A stretch of 62,817 nucleotides of DNA from Carcharhinus longimanus (Eukaryota). This document shows, one piece after another, positions 24,483 to 38,985 of this stretch. A program made the position numbers and the translations under genes. Location of the stretch: contig JASCQW010000105.1 in the NCBI GenBank assembly GCA_030264375.1, forward strand, positions 49,203,732 through 49,266,548, in the 5' to 3' direction. Position 1 is the stretch's first letter, and every line of letters starts with the position of its first letter. The notes below the pieces were generated by a model that saw only the letters and a list, made by a program, of their open reading frames with translations, was not told where the DNA came from and ran no database searches.

Positions 24483-26678
24483 GTGCGTGTTGTAGAGGTG
24501 CAATCACCACATGGCCCTGTTGAGATGGCAGCATAAAGACAGGCTCTGCTTTGAGGATTCTCAGATGTGGGAGGTCTTCCTTCTCAACAAACACTTTCAG
24601 GAACTTGATGCAGGAAGGAGTACTCTTGAAGGTCACATCAAAGTATCTAATGCTGGGGAAGTGCTGCCATCAGTAGACATCAGCAGCTTCAACTCAGAAA
24701 AATCCTCTTAATGAAGAAGGCATGGTTGAAGAGTATACCTCCTTCCTGCTACCCTGATTTGGGGCTCTGTTGGTTGCAACCATTACCTCTTCCCAGTAAA
24801 GAGAACAAGCAACCACCAAAAAGCCTCCAACATCATGCGCAAGAGACCAAGAAGCTTCCCCTCCACCCCTCCATAAAATAAAGGAACCTCATGGGAGTCA
24901 AACCTACTAAACAGGTTGGCTGAAACCGTACCACCTGCCGATTCTGGAGCAGCAAGGTTCCCAGAATGGAAATCTCCATTGGCCTAGGATGAGAATTTAT
25001 GATCTCGCAAGGCTGTAAAATCCCATCTATTATCTCTACACTTGGTTATAGCTCCTGGATGAAGCTGGTTTCACCTCTGCCGGCTAAGTACAGGTTCATT
25101 GCAATAATCAAGAGGTAGCTGGGGAAGTTCCTGAAGGAGGCTCATATTGCTGTCTGCAAAAAGTAGGTGAGAACCTTAGGCAATGTGCCTCACGGTCATT
25201 GTTGTCCCCTGAAACTTGATTATGAATGCCTTCAGGAGCCAGAGAAGAATTTGGTGACATTATTTTCTTTTTATATTGAATTGGCCTCAGGCTTTTTAAT
25301 TTTTTTTACTCTCCCAGAAGATCCTGTGGCTGCTCATGGGTATGTTGCGATATGTTGCTTAGTTGCAATACAGCTGAATGGAACAGACTTGGTGAAGCAG
25401 CTGGTCTTTTTCATGTGTTTGTGTTTGTTAGCACTTTCTGGGAACTTTACACTACTTTTTATTCCCAGCCACTTCTTGTTAAGATAAGTGAAGACAGGAG
25501 CATCAGCAAGATGGTTACTTTGAAATGTGGTCCCTTCGTTTTAAGCAGGAATTTGTGTTATTTACAAATAGCTGCAAAGGCAATTTTCACTGCACCCGTC
25601 ACATTTACTTGTCACATATTCAAATCAAACCAGATAATAGTTTAAAATGTCAAGAATCAGGTGTGATTATAAATACACCTTACTAGAAGCATCCCAGAAT
25701 ATAAACTATTATAATAATTACTTTACCTGTTTTGTCGAGTGTAAATGAAATAGGGCCTTTTTCATTACTGAAGACTGTGATATACATATTACATTTAAAA
25801 TCAATCTGTTCAAATCGCCACATTAATGACTGATGAAATGTAATAATGCTGATTGACTTGAAAAGGATGAAAAAATGACTCATCATGCAGACTATCGTTT
25901 AGTACTAATAATCATTTTCTTTTGAACTTTACTACATCTTACTTGCAGTACATGTCTTTAGTGTGTGATGGAGCTGTTTTTCAGCAGATCCGCTATCTGA
26001 GCTTTAATTTGATATGTATGAAATGTTAATTACAGTGTTTTTGCCACAGTTCAGTCACACGCACTTTTAATTGTGCAATTTACATACAATTATGATGCCA
26101 CAGCTGTTGGTATGCTGTAATCTTTCTAGAAGGTTGCATTCTCGAAGTTCCAGTTAAATGTCTATTTTACATGTGTGACAGTTATATAACGGAATGGTAT
26201 ACTTGAATATTAATAATTACATAACGGGAATAGTATTCTCCTAATGAATGCAGTGAAAAATCACATTGGACTGTGCTGTAGTCAATGTGACAAGCATGCA
26301 TTCAATATTGTGTCATTCTGGAAGCCTAGTGGGAGATTAATACCATGTAGGAGTGAATGTGATAAGTCACTGCAGAGAGATGGAACAGGACATAATCTAA
26401 AACCAGTTTAATACTGGAAAAGGTCGCTGGAATCAGAAAAAAAATCAAATTCAACTGCAACCCTTGTACTATTCCACAAACCATGCCGTTTGTTTATAGA
26501 TGTGTGTCTGGCAACTGCTTTGACTGATTTTTCAGCATCAGTCTGTTCCTGGCTACAGATTACACACACATCTGTGAATGATCATGTATTTTGTGGAGCT
26601 GAAAATCCCATGTTAGCAGGCTCCAAGGATGAGGGAGAGTAGGAGGAGAGGGGTGGGAGGGTGGGGGAGACAGGCCGG

Positions 26679-26681
<3 letters not shown>

Positions 26682-26746
<65 letters not shown>
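26682..26746. repeat. (GT)n microsatellite
   Basis: Perfect GT run of about 32 units. Confidence 0.97.
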
Positions 26747-26747
<1 letters not shown>

Positions 26748-26991
26748 AGTCCCCATCCTTGTGAAACCTAGTCTCCAATTGTCTCAGCTATCCCTTTCAC
26801 TGGATAGAGATCTTTCTCCATCACGTTAGCCGCTCAGGCTCCCCCCACATTAAAAGAACCCATGCACCTTCCACCTGCTCAAAATTAATTTCGGGACCTG
26901 GAGTATTAGGATTTTTAGGGGTAACTGCAGCAGCAACAGATTTGAACATCACACCACAGTCATGCCCAGGAACTCCTACGCCCTGAATGAG

Positions 26992-27175
26992 ACATAGAAT
27001 CATAAAATTATAGAATCCGTACAATGCAAAGGGAGGCCATTCAGCCTATCAAATCTGCACTGACCACAATCCCACACAGGCCCTATTCCCATAACCCCAC
27101 ATATTTATTCTGCTAATCGCCTTACACTGTGCTCAGTTTAGCATGGCTAATCAATCTAGCCCGCACATCTCTAGA
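26992..27175 (-). mobile_element. HE1-type SINE 3' fragment
   Basis: CATAGAATC tail, GGAGGCCATTCAGCC, TTTAGCATGGCTAATCAATCTA. Confidence 0.8.
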
Positions 27176-27394
27176 CATGGTGGACAAGAGAAGATCAGCT
27201 CAAGGAACAAGATGGTTTCATCTGGAAAGCTAAATCTGAAGGCGAATGGCCCAACTCCACAGGGTTGACTTCACTATATATAAAAAAATAGTTTACCATC
27301 TCAGCGAACCACTTTGTGGAATAAACGAACACCTTATAATTCTTCAGCCTCCATGACTTGGAAACAGTACACCACAATGGTTAATGCATATGTC

Positions 27395-29845
27395 CCACGC
27401 TAGATGCAACAGATGACTTCAAGGGAGAATTCTATTCCAGTCTTGATCATTTGATGTCCCAGATCCTAAAGGAGACAAACTGATCCTTCTTGGTGACTCC
27501 AGTGACAGAATTGGAAAGGCATATTGGCAAGGAAGGTGTAGGGAAAGCTAACACCAATGGAGTCCATTTTTGGACAAAATGTCTAGAACATGGTCTGATG
27601 ATAATCAGCACCCCATTTTGCCAGAGAGACAAATGGAAGACCTAATCATGGCAACATCCTCACTCTAGACATTGGCAGCTGCTTAACTTGCCATTGCCTG
27701 AGTAAGGGCTCACAAGGATATTCTCATCACCCATGCCATGACAGGAGCCAACACCTGAGACTCAGTCCTCAATAATTAATACCCTCAACCACATTCCACA
27801 GCATGTTCTGCGTCACCATCTCAGCATAACCCCAGCTTGACATGAAGTTCAAAAGACCATCCGACAGCCAAGGACCAATAAGGATGCCGATGCTGATGGA
27901 ATGCCCATCAAAATACTAAAATATAATGGAGAAGTAGTCAAAGTGGAAAGCATGCCAATAAGATGCATTAATCATGGCCATCCTCAAAAAAAGAAGACAT
28001 GCCTGACTGTGGTAACTAGAGAAGCCATCCCTGTCCACCATGGGAAAGGTCATCATAGAATTCGACATAGAATCTCTACAGTGCAGAAGGAGGGCCCATT
28101 GAGCCTGCACCGACAACAATCCCACCCAGGCCCTATCCCCAAAACCCCACATATTTACCCTGCTAATCCCTCTAACATACACATCCTGAAACACTAAGGG
28201 GCAATTTAGCATGGCCAATCAATCTAACCTGCACATCTTTAGACTGTGGGTGGAAATTGGAGCACCCAAAGGAAATCCACACAGACATGTGGAAAATGTG
28301 CAAACTCCACACAGACAGTGACCCAAGCCGGGAATTGGACTCAGGTCCTTGGAGCTGTGAGGCAGCAGTGCTAACCATTGTGCCACCGTGCCATCATTGT
28401 GGGAGTCCTTTTCAATCGCCTTCTAGAGTCACAATGCCAATTCAGTCATCAAGAAGCATAGTCTTCACAACAAGGCCAAATCCAAGAAAAATGCAGAGCA
28501 ACAGCAACCTCTATCTGTGGCTTTCTTTTTGTCCTCAAATCCTTTGACTCCGGCAATCAGGAGGGACTATGAAGTGTCCTCAAATTTGGCTGCCCACAGA
28601 AATTCATCACCATTTTCCTCCACCTGCAGCACAATGACATGCAAGTGATGAGATCCTTACCAATGGATCAGTCATCAGCCACAAACCCAATACAAGTGCT
28701 ATTTGAGGTTAAGCAAGGCTGTGTCATTGCACCACTGATCTTTTCAATTCTCTTCTTCGCAACACTCCACTCCACCTCCATAATGCTCCCTAATGGACCA
28801 CAGCTACTCTATAGGATGAGTAGGAAATTATTCAACCTATACCACACTCAGTCCAGAACCAAGCTCTCCCTAACCTTTATCATTGAGCTGCAGTACGTCG
28901 ATGATGCTTGCATAAACGTACATTCAAGAGACCAAGCTCTAACCTACCGTTCACACATTCATGGAGGTTTATAAAAGAGTGGATCTTAGGCTAAACATCT
29001 GGAAGACAAAGGTTCACTACCAGCCTGCTCCCATTGCGCATTACTATCACACCCCACCCTGCTCCCCTCCAGCTATCTAGGTCCACAGTGAACCATTGGA
29101 CAACATGGATCATTTCTTAAATCTTGGAAGCCTCTTCTCAGCAATAGTGAAATTCAGCATTGCCTCCAGTATTGTAGCACAACCTTCGGCTGACTGAGGA
29201 ATACAGTGTCTGATAACAAAGACCTGAAATCTAACACCAGCTCATGGTCTACAGTGTTACCGTATTACCTGCCCCCCTGTACGTATCAAAGATATGGAAA
29301 ATGTACAGCAGACACCTTAACTCCCTGGAGAAATTTCACCATTGATGCCTCCATGAGTCCTGTAAATTAAATGGCAGGATAGGCACTTCAAGTGTCCTCT
29401 CTCTAATGCATCCTCAGAATTGAGGCACTGGTTATTGTTGATCAGCTACGTTGGGTGAGCCACACCATCCACATGTCTGACACAAGATTCCCAGTTTCAT
29501 CACAGCAAGCAGTTATCAGGAGAACATTTCAGAGATGCCCTCAAAGTCCCCCAGAAAAAATGCAACATCCCCACTGATATGTTGGAATCTCTTGCTCGAC
29601 ACTACCCAAACCGACAAAGGTACCAACCTTTGAATATCTCCCTCAGGCCCAGGTAGAAGCCAAGTGCAAACAGCAGAAGGAGTGTATCAAAATCCGAGCA
29701 CCCCACCCATCTGTCCTAAACACTACCTGCCCCACCTGTGGCAGAGTGTGTGGACCCAGCATTGGAGGTTTTAATCACCTCAGGACCCATAAGCCCAGAG
29801 TGGAAGAAAGTTATCTTCAATTCCAAGGGACTGGCTGAGAGTGTC
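27395..29845 (+). mobile_element. RTE-clade LINE, degenerate (EN, RT, C-terminal zinc finger)
   Basis: EGVGKANTNG..KCLEHGL, SWQHPHSRHW (EN); VKQGCVIAPLIF, ELQYVDDA (RT); TTCPTCGRVC..HLRTH at the end. Confidence 0.88.
28052..28392 (-). mobile_element. HE1-type V-SINE inserted in RTE
   Basis: Complete head, V-domain and tail in reverse orientation. Confidence 0.9.
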
Positions 29846-30779
29846 TCAGACCTCACAGGCAGAAGGAAACAAGGGTTTTCAATTGCTTAGACAAATTGGT
29901 ATATTAATTTATCTTTATATTTGTTTAACTTGATACATTTCTGATTGTCTTTTCGAAATGTACATACTTGCTATTTTAATAAATGTTGAAGAAGGTATGC
30001 CCTTCTATAGCACAGTAGATAATTGCATTGTTATTTCAAAGACTAATTAAAGCTATTCACCTGTGGTGCTTACGGAGAGTAATATAAGAAGTCTTTTTGT
30101 CTAACTGCCTCCCATGCTCTTTCCTATTTTTGCTGTTGTTCTCTCTGTCTTTGTTTCTCTTTCTTTCTGAATGCCTTTAATGTATTTCTCATTGTGCTGT
30201 CCATTTGTTTTGCTGTGTGCCTTGCAAAAGTCTCAGAATATGACCTTCAGACATCTACATTTACAGATGTGCCAAATTTCTATTTCTAATTCATTTTGAA
30301 GACCAGGGTATAGTAAAACCTCTCAGATCGTCAATAAAGGAAATGTTTTCTCCTGGGCTAGAGGCTAGTTGGGCAATCGCACTTACCAGGAAACTAAGGG
30401 AGGAGGTCTGACACATTTTAATGATGACATGTTATGGTTGACATAATCTGGTCACTTTCAAGTGCTAAAAACAGCAATCCTATCACATCTCAATCTGTTT
30501 TTTTTTGAGCCAGAGCATGTCTCATTTACGTAATCACTTATCATAATCTAGTCATTTCAAACTCTCAATCAATTTTGCATGTCCACTTCCATGTCCTCAG
30601 AATAGCAGCAACATTGTTTTTACAATCACATCTGTACCCAGTTTCCTAAATGCAGTTGTATCAATGATAGGCAGGAATACCTTAATATTTGGACTCATTA
30701 TTAATAAACTCCAAAATGTGATTTTTTTTTACACACTACCACTGAACATTTATTATTTTTCACAATGGAGAATGGCGGG

Positions 30780-31620
30780 CAATGGTCTTTCCCAAGGGTC
30801 TGTGCTCCGTAAGGATCCATTGCTAAAATCTCTGCTTTTTTGATATATATAAAATATCATATAAATTATTCTGGTATTGGAATACCCAATAACATTTCAA
30901 AATTTGCCAATGACCCCTCACTTAGAAAAATAGCAAATATGAAGATGATTCAAATTAACTGTGACAGGGCAATGGACAGGCAATTAGAAGATAGAGTTTA
31001 ACACGGAAGTGTGAGAGGAAGTGTTTTGGAAGAAGAGATAATGAAAGGCACTATAGATTTAATGGTGCAGTTCTAAAGAGTATACAGAGACAGAAGAACT
31101 TGGGGATCGATGTGTATATCTATAAGACAGATTGGGAGAGTGATTAACAAAGCCTATGGGATCCTTGGCTTCATAAATAGAAGAACTGAGTACAAAAATA
31201 GGGTAGTTATGATGAACCTTTACAGACTTTTGGTTAGATCACCATGAATGTATTGAGGGCAGTTCTAGTCGTCCGGTTCTGGAAAGAAGTGAGAATCCTA
31301 AAAAGAGTGCAAAGGAGATTGACCAGATAGGGATTACAGCTATCCAGTTAGGCTAGGAAACTGGGGTTATTCTTCTTCAAGCGAAGAGGTATTTGGGGAG
31401 AGTTGGTAGAGGTGGACAAGGTTATGACAAGTTTGGATAAAGGTGACAACGAAAATCTATTCCCATTCGCTGACTGGTACAAGAGCTATTGGAAATAGCT
31501 TTAAGAAGTTAGGTAAGAAATATGGGGCAGGGGGTGAATGTGAAGAAGAACTATTCTACACAGCAAATAGTAATGGACCTGTTGTGTGAAATGACCTCCC
31601 TCGATGTCGCAAATAGCTCC
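30780..31620 (+). mobile_element. Old CR1 ORF2 RT fragment
   Basis: GLSQGSVL, ISKFAND, QKNLG, KAYGILGFINRRTEYK, KRVQRRLT. Confidence 0.75.
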
Positions 31621-33059
31621 ATGACATAAAACTTACTCCTTCTAGTAATCACATTCTGGACTCTTTTTAACTTACATCTTCGGGAAGAAAGTTCTTCAAA
31701 TTCCATTCTACATTATTCATCAGTTTGCTTTCCATGGTAAAACATTCCAATTCTGAGCAGCAACAATTATTTTTTTCATCACTATCTATACTTTACCTTA
31801 TTATCTTCTATCCATTGTGCCAGCAGATTTTGTTTTCCACAACCTACGCGCCAGATTCTGTGGTAAACCATTTCCTTTGCCTCTAATCTGTTCGATGGGA
31901 TAGGAACTCCCATTGAACAATTCAGTGTGCCCTATCCTTGCACAATGAATGCCTATATATCAATGCCAATGAGCATTAATAACCCCAATCTGCCAAGATT
32001 TCAAAATTGAATCTATTATCTAGTTACTTCCTTAAAGTAACAGAAATATTTATTGTCAATTACTTACTTTTTTATAACCACCATGCATCCAGTTACTATA
32101 GAAACTCTTGGGTCAAAATTAAAACAGGAGACTTACTAATGATGTGTTATATAAGAAATTTACCTTCAAAGCGATTGAAATTTTCCGGACTGCACCTCCA
32201 ATGAGTCACTATGGCTGGTTGAATAGTCCATGAGAAGGTGATTGGCAGCGAGTGGCACATAAAATCCAGTTTACTTGGATTGCCAAAAATAGCCTGTGAG
32301 TAATGCCTTGTACAGCTGGAAGCTAATTTCCCTAAACTAGCTTCCTTTGGGCATGTAAAGAAAAATGGCTAGACAGTTAACCTGCAGAAAGAATGAACCA
32401 TTTTCACCTAGAAATGATGATAGATTCAGACATGATTTTGTTTAATAGCATTATTCCATCTGAAATACCTTTGTCCCTATTCTAACATTCCAGTATACTA
32501 TCAACTATCTCGGTTTTTGAAAGATGATTTTTCTATCAGAAATAATATTGCAGTGCAGTTTTGCTTTGATGTAATCGTGTGTTTGATTTTTATACTTGAA
32601 CTCGTCTATGTTACCATGGCTAACAATCCTTTGATGACTTTATTAAGACACACTCATATTAAAGGGACCATTGTGTCCTGATTGTATAATGCATTTTACT
32701 TAAACTGTCATACTCTTTGAAAGATAGCTGAGAATGAGAGATTTACCATTTGTATAGAGGTTACAGGATGTGTGGGAGTGATTTGCAAGGAAGTAATTCC
32801 GCGGAGACATTCAGATGATATAAAGGCTGATTTTGTGGCCATGCTCCCAGTACTCAAATGTACACCTACACTAATTACTGACAGCCTGACCTGATTGGAT
32901 TTGATAGGGTCACATCATTTACAGAATTGCTGCATGGTTTTCTGTGAGCAATTCTGTGGCCGTTGTATCTGTGTGACAAGGATTTGGATAGGAAAGAGTA
33001 GAGCAGTTTTAAAAGCAACGTTTACATTTTGCAGGTTAACTTCATGATTTGACATGATT

Positions 33060-33380
33060 GGAGGAGCTCCCTGAACTCCACATATCTGCAAAGAGACCTA
33101 TAGGAGTGGGTGACTGAGATAAAGCAATATTTGGAACAGAGGCGAGGTTGTACAGGTAATAGACTTGGAAGGTACTGTTGAAGGAGCCTTGGTGAGTTGC
33201 TGCAGAGCACTTTGTAAGTGCAAACCCCTACTATTGGGTGCCAAAAATTGAGGGAGTGAATGTTCAAGGTGGGATTGAGTGCCGAACAAGTGGATTACTT
33301 TGTTTTGGATTTTGTCCAGTTTCTTCAATGTTGTTGGAGCTGCTCTTCAACTCTTGTCCAGGTAGGTGGAAAGTAGTTGA
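33060..33380 (-). mobile_element. CR1/L2-group LINE fragment
   Basis: KKLDKIQNKVIHL..., CSNSPRLLQQYLP; same family as 9140-9515. Confidence 0.7.
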
Positions 33381-34064
33381 TCAAATTTCAGGTCCAAATC
33401 AAACAGCCCACAATATATGTGTTGCTGCCCAGCACACCTAATTCTTCAAATGATTGAAGTTCCACACAACCTTTAAAGTATCCTCAATGCTCTTTGGCAA
33501 ACTATGGTGCAGAAATTATTCGGAAGTTAAACTAAAAATAAGAAACACTGCATTACTTCTGAAGTTCACAAGAACATAAAATTTGTTTGTGCTTCACACT
33601 GATATTGAATTCTGCCAATGCTTTCTTTCTGCTTGGTAATTGCCTGTGAAATATCAGCAAAAGTGAGATCTGTCTATGAGTAACATTCTGACAGCTGACA
33701 CATTTATTTCATGATTTTTTTCCAAATTTTAGTTTGATGATGATGCAGCCAAAATGGAGAGTTCAGCAACAATTGTACAGTTATTCACTATGTTTGTATT
33801 CAACATCAGAATGGAGAAGCAGTTGCAGTCAAAAGTAGTCCCATAATACTCGTCCCTGCTCTTTTCCGTGCCTCCACTGAAAACAAGTGAGGAGCCCTTT
33901 CTTGCAGCTGATCTTTTTTCCTTTAGATGGAATCCTTCCGCCTGGAAACAGACATCAATGGCAGCATCAGTGTGCATAGCAGAATGACCAAACTGACATC
34001 AGTTTAGGCAGATATGAAAGGGGTCAAGTTCTTGGATGTTACAACACACTACTCTAATGTAAGT

Positions 34065-34330
34065 TGGAGGACACTATCACACCTTGCTTCCCAACTGTAG
34101 GTTAGTAAATACTGTTCCACCACTTTATACCGTTGCATTATAATTGACACTGTTAAACTAGACTACATCTTTGTGGTATAGTAGACATTATTACACTATG
34201 ATTACTACACTTTTGTAGGTTAGTGGACAATATTCCACCATGCTTCACCATTGTGGACATTGTTACATCATGCTACGTTTCTGCGGGTTAATAGACATTG
34301 TTATACTGCACTTCACCATTGTGGAGGTAC
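34065..34330. repeat. Degenerate tandem repeat of about 40 bp
   Basis: Recurrent GACATT(G/A)TTA(C/T)AC...CTTCACCATTGTGG / TGTAGGTTAGT units. Confidence 0.55.
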
Positions 34331-34499
34331 TTCTTCCTTTTGAAGACAAGTGTCTACTACAAGGTAAGAATAGTTCTGTATTTATTTTAAGTCCACTGTT
34401 TCAAATCCAGGGACAAAGTCAGCTGTGTGCCCTGGATCAAGGTGATTATTTCTTTGTGTTGATCACCTTCACGAGCTCCTGGAATCCCTAGAACGTGAC

Positions 34500-34900
34500 C
34501 TCAAACCTCCTTTCCCTGGGTTGTATACATAAACACCTTTCCAAGTATGTTTAACATTTCACAGCAGCCTTGTCTTTACAGTCTCCATTTTACAAGGCAG
34601 GCTATCATGGAGTTGCATCATTTGCTGCAGAATGACCTGCGGCTCACATCTAGATCAGAGACTGCTGTCTGTATACAAGTGAAGTTGCCACAGCATGAAG
34701 TGTTTATCCCAACAGATCCTTCTAAACCACCCTAGGCAACATTCACCACTTCAAGCAGTTTGCATTTCACACATGCATCAAGCATATGTCAAATAATATA
34801 TTTGCAAGAGGCAATGCGTTCATCATTTCCCCTGTGAAAAAGAGGCATGTTGGACAGTTTTTGATTGGAGTTTGGGTTTCCTTAAGTGCAGGACATCATT
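34500..34900 (+). pseudogene. PIF/Harbinger transposase N-terminal relic
   Basis: FNISQQPCLYSLHFTRQAIMELHHLLQNDL resembles HARBI1-family LRFTKxAVxELCxLLQxDL. Confidence 0.65.
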
Positions 34901-37084
34901 CTTGCCATTAATATGTACATTACAATTCCTCATATCAGCCCCACTGCTTATGATCTGGCCAACATTTACTGTTCAACCATCATCACTTAAAATAAATACT
35001 TGGTCATTAACTCTTTGTGAGACCCTTCTATGTGCAAACTGGGTGTTGTGTGCCGATTTTATAACAGTGACTGCAGTTTAATTTGCTGAAAGCACTTTGG
35101 GACATCCTAAAGTTGTGGCATGCAAGCAATATTTAAATTTGTCTTTCTTTTTTGCTTAGGGTGCAGAAAGGGAATGCACTCAATTAATTTCAAGGTGGTG
35201 CCTGATACCTTAACCATGATAAAGCTTGTCACAATTGTATCAATGACTGGTGTATCTTTTGCTGGAGTCACTGCAAAGTCATTTCTTTTTGATATGGTGC
35301 TTGCTGTCACTTGGGCAGTCATGCGATGACACAGTTATCACTACCACAGATTTGAGTGCCAAATTGATGATCCTGTTAAAGCACATGTGCCATTGTTTGA
35401 GGGCATCCACTTACCATCTCCTCATCTGTCTGAACACAGAACAGTTAGTATCGATGGAGTCTCAGAATCACATTCTGATGATAGGTAATGATAATTCCCT
35501 TTGTGCAATTATATATTGGAACCTCAGTTCCTCAGCAATAACTACAACCACCAAACACTGACCTCTTTTCTCCCCTTTCCATTTTTTGAACCGATTTCAA
35601 TAGGTGGTACAAATAATGCCAACATTACTACAGTCAGATGAATGGTCCATTTGTCCTTTCTACCTTTGTTGCATCACTTTTTCTTCATACGTTTATTGCC
35701 ACAATTAGTAAAGGCAGAAGTTAATGCACCAACAGCTTTGGCTGTGGATATTGTTTCTGTAGCACCGCAGGATACTTTCCATGCTGTCAGCTGCTTCAGG
35801 TGAGGACCGCGCGGTGTACCAGGTTGAAAAGGGCATCCTCTGTGCATGTCAGAAGCATCAAATTTGGCACTATGCTTACATTACACAGCCCTGGTTGAGA
35901 TTTTCCTGGAAATGGGCACAGGCCGATAGAGGGGGTGGTGGTGGTGGGTAGGGNNNNNNNNNNNNNNNNNNNNNNNNNNNNNNNNNNNNNNNNNNNNNNN
36001 NNNNNNNNNNNNNNNNNNNNNNNNNNNNNNNNNNNNNNNNNNNNNNNNNNNNNNNNNNNNNNNNNNNNNNNNNNNNNNNNNNNNNNNNNNNNNNNNNNNN
36101 NNNNNNNNNNNNNNNNNNNNNNNNNNNNNNNNNNNNNNNNNNNNNNNNNNNNNNNNNNNNNNNNNNNNNNNNNNNNNNNNNNNNNNNNNNNNNNNNNNNN
36201 NNNNNNNNNNNNNNNNNNNNNNNNNNNNNNNNNNNNNNNNNNNNNNNNNNNNNNNNNNNNNNNNNNNNNNNNNNNNNNNNNNNNNNNNNNNNNNNNNNNN
36301 NNNNNNNNNNNNNNNNNNNNNNNNNNNNNNNNNNNNNNNNNNNNNNNNNNNNNNNNNNNNNNNNNNNNNNNNNNNNNNNNNNNNNNNNNNNNNNNNNNNN
36401 NNNNNNNNNNNNNNNNNNNNNNNNNNNNNNNNNNNNNNNNNNNNNNNNNNNNNNNNNNNNNNNNNNNNNNNNNNNNNNNNNNNNNNNNNNNNNNNNNNNN
36501 NNNNNNNNNNNNNNNNNNNNNNNNNNNNNNNNNNNNNNNNNNNNNNNNNNNNNNNNNNNNNNNNNNNNNNNNNNNNNNNNNNNNNNNNNNNNNNNNNNNN
36601 NNNNNNNNNNNNNNNNNNNNNNNNNNNNNNNNNNNNNNNNNNNNNNNNNNNNNNNNNNNNNNNNNNNNNNNNNNNNNNNNNNNNNNNNNNNNNNNNNNNN
36701 NNNNNNNNNNNNNNNNNNNNNNNNNNNNNNNNNNNNNNNNNNNNNNNNNNNNNNNNNNNNNNNNNNNNNNNNNNNNNNNNNNNNNNNNNNNNNNNNNNNN
36801 NNNNNNNNNNNNNNNNNNNNNNNNNNNNNNNNNNNNNNNNNNNNNNNNNNNNNNNNNNNNNNNNNNNNNNNNNNNNNNNNNNNNNNNNNNNNNNNNNNNN
36901 NNNNNNNNNNNNNNNNNNNNNNNNNNNNTTTGTGAGGGAAAAGAATCAAGGGTACTGGGTCCCACATTTGCTGACCAAATCTCTGATCTGCCTGCCCTGC
37001 CAACTACTTAGTAATTCAAAGACCAAGGTGCTATTTTTAAAGGCTGTACCTTTAAGGAATTCACCCTCGAATGCCTCCCACAAG

Positions 37085-37165
37085 AGGTCAAACTCTACAC
37101 AGACAGTGATCTAAGCCAGGAATTGAACCTGGGTCCCTGGCACCGTGAAACAGCAATGCCACCCC
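37085..37165 (-). mobile_element. HE1-type SINE head fragment
   Basis: AAACTCTACACAGACAGTGATCTAAGCCAGGAATTGAACCTGGGTCCCTGG. Confidence 0.75.
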
Positions 37166-38337
37166 AAACTGGAGTAGTCCTGGTTGTTACTTTTAAGGAA
37201 TTCATGGAAACAAGGACTATGCCTGAGGATTGGAAAGAAAGAAAAAAATCTTAGCTGAAAAGAAATAGTTCGGGGGGTCAACCTGCTGTCCATTGTGGAG
37301 AAAATGCTGGAATTCCCTTCCTGGTCTGAATGAAGGTGGAGTGAATCTTTAGCTAGTATTGCCAGATTTGAGTCAAAAGCCAAAAAAATTCCAGCAAGTG
37401 CAGCTCTGGCTCTGAATTCTGAGTTGATATCCAGTGGAATATTTGCATCTGGTTGACTGTATGTGTCATGGGAGCCCAAAAACAAATCTAGGATTCATCA
37501 CTCTCTCAGTTGGTATAAGGATGGTTATAGATGTAGGCGTGTTCATGTAATAGTCTGTCAGACTGCTAATCAACCTGCGAATGCTTACACCACTATACAA
37601 TATTTTCCAAGGGAAGCACATGAAAGTATGAAAACAACAATGAGTTGAGGTGGTTTTGCAGTGATTTGTGCATGTTGTCAGAGCCTATCCAAATGCACAT
37701 GACTCTAGCAAGAGGGCCAAGCTCAGGGGTGCACGCAGTGTATTTAAATCTCGCTCCACTGCTCTTCCTCTGAGCTAGAATATAGTCAGTTTGACCCAAA
37801 TGTGCTCCAACAGTTAATTCAACAGCTTTCTATAAGACAACAGCTAAAGTTCAAAAGGGATGGAGATATGGAAGATAGCTGGAGAAAGAAAATGGAGATC
37901 AAGTACAATGGCTTACCACAGAGGTGAAACCATATCATCACAGCAAATAGTCCAATTATCCAAATCTGCAATCAACCTTCTGCCCTATGAAAGAGTTATT
38001 TTATAGCTTATGGGACAACTTGAACACTGGAGGTGTGCCAAAGATACACTGAATTTAGATTGTGAATTTAACCTTGATAATGCAATCTTGATTATTGAAT
38101 TTTATTATGGTGTACATTGATGCTGAGACCCAGCTGAGTAAGACATGACAATACTAATAATTGAACGCATTATTCTCGTAATAATTTAAATTATATTGAT
38201 TAATTTTAAGTATTTTAAGTATTATTTTACTGTTTTCTCTGACATTGAATTTTATGATGGTACTAGCCATATATCATTGATGAGTCAAATAAAGTAACAT
38301 TAGTAATACAGCTATGCTTCAGGATGTCACATGTATC

Positions 38338-38649
38338 AGGGCGGCACAGTGGTTAACACTGCTGCCTCACAGCTCCAGGGATCTGGGTTTGATTCTTGGC
38401 TTGGGTTTGCACATTCTCTCTGTGTCTGCATGGGTTTGCTCCAGGTGCTCCAGTTTCCTCCCACAGTCCAAAAATGTGAGGGTTAGGTGCATTGGCCATG
38501 CTAAATTGCCCCTTACTGGCCTGGGATGCATAGGTTAGAAGGATTAGTGGGGTAAATATACGGGGTTATGGGGATAGAGCCTGGATGTGATTGTTGTTGG
38601 TGCAGACTTGATGGGCTGAATGGCCCCCTTCTGCACTGTAGGGTTTCTA
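38338..38649 (+). mobile_element. HE1-type V-SINE
   Basis: GGCACAGTGGTTAACACTGCTGCCTCACAG head through GGGCTGAATGGCC...GCACTGTAGGG tail. Confidence 0.88.
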
Positions 38650-38799
38650 TAAAGATGTGACTCAGTCTTGCTTATAAGCTTCAAACATATAAAACTCGCA
38701 TGCAACTTAGTTTTGTATTGTGACCCTGCTATTGACAAGTTTACTCATTGGTAGGAGCTGGAGGTGGTGCGGGGTCATTTTCAAATTAACTGGAGGCCA

Positions 38800-38985
38800 A
38801 TAATTATCCTTTGAGTTACTGCTTGTGTAGTTAGTCTTAAGAAGGGAGTTCTATTCCCCAAGAGAGAAGAACTTGTCGCTGTGGCAAAGAAGATGTGGTC
38901 AGAGATGGCTGAAGGAATGAACAGCATGAAGGTAGCGTTCCATATCTGGATTCAGGTAATGTTTTAATCAACTAAGCAGTATAGG
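38800..38985 (+). pseudogene. Possible Harbinger Myb/SANT-domain gene relic
   Basis: Degenerate ..GVLFP...KKMWSEMAEGMNS....WIQ. Confidence 0.45.

Noticed and set aside
33725-34370. Possible exons (TTTTAG acceptor near 33732; AAG|GTAAG donor near 34363)
   Set aside because: The frames hit stops or lie in a tandem repeat, and no protein is recognisable; RNA-seq would be needed.
35796-37011. ORFs of 358-389 aa
   Set aside because: They consist almost entirely of N-gap translation.
38338-38410. tRNA-like A/B-box sequences
   Set aside because: These are SINE heads continuing into the V-domain, not tRNA genes.
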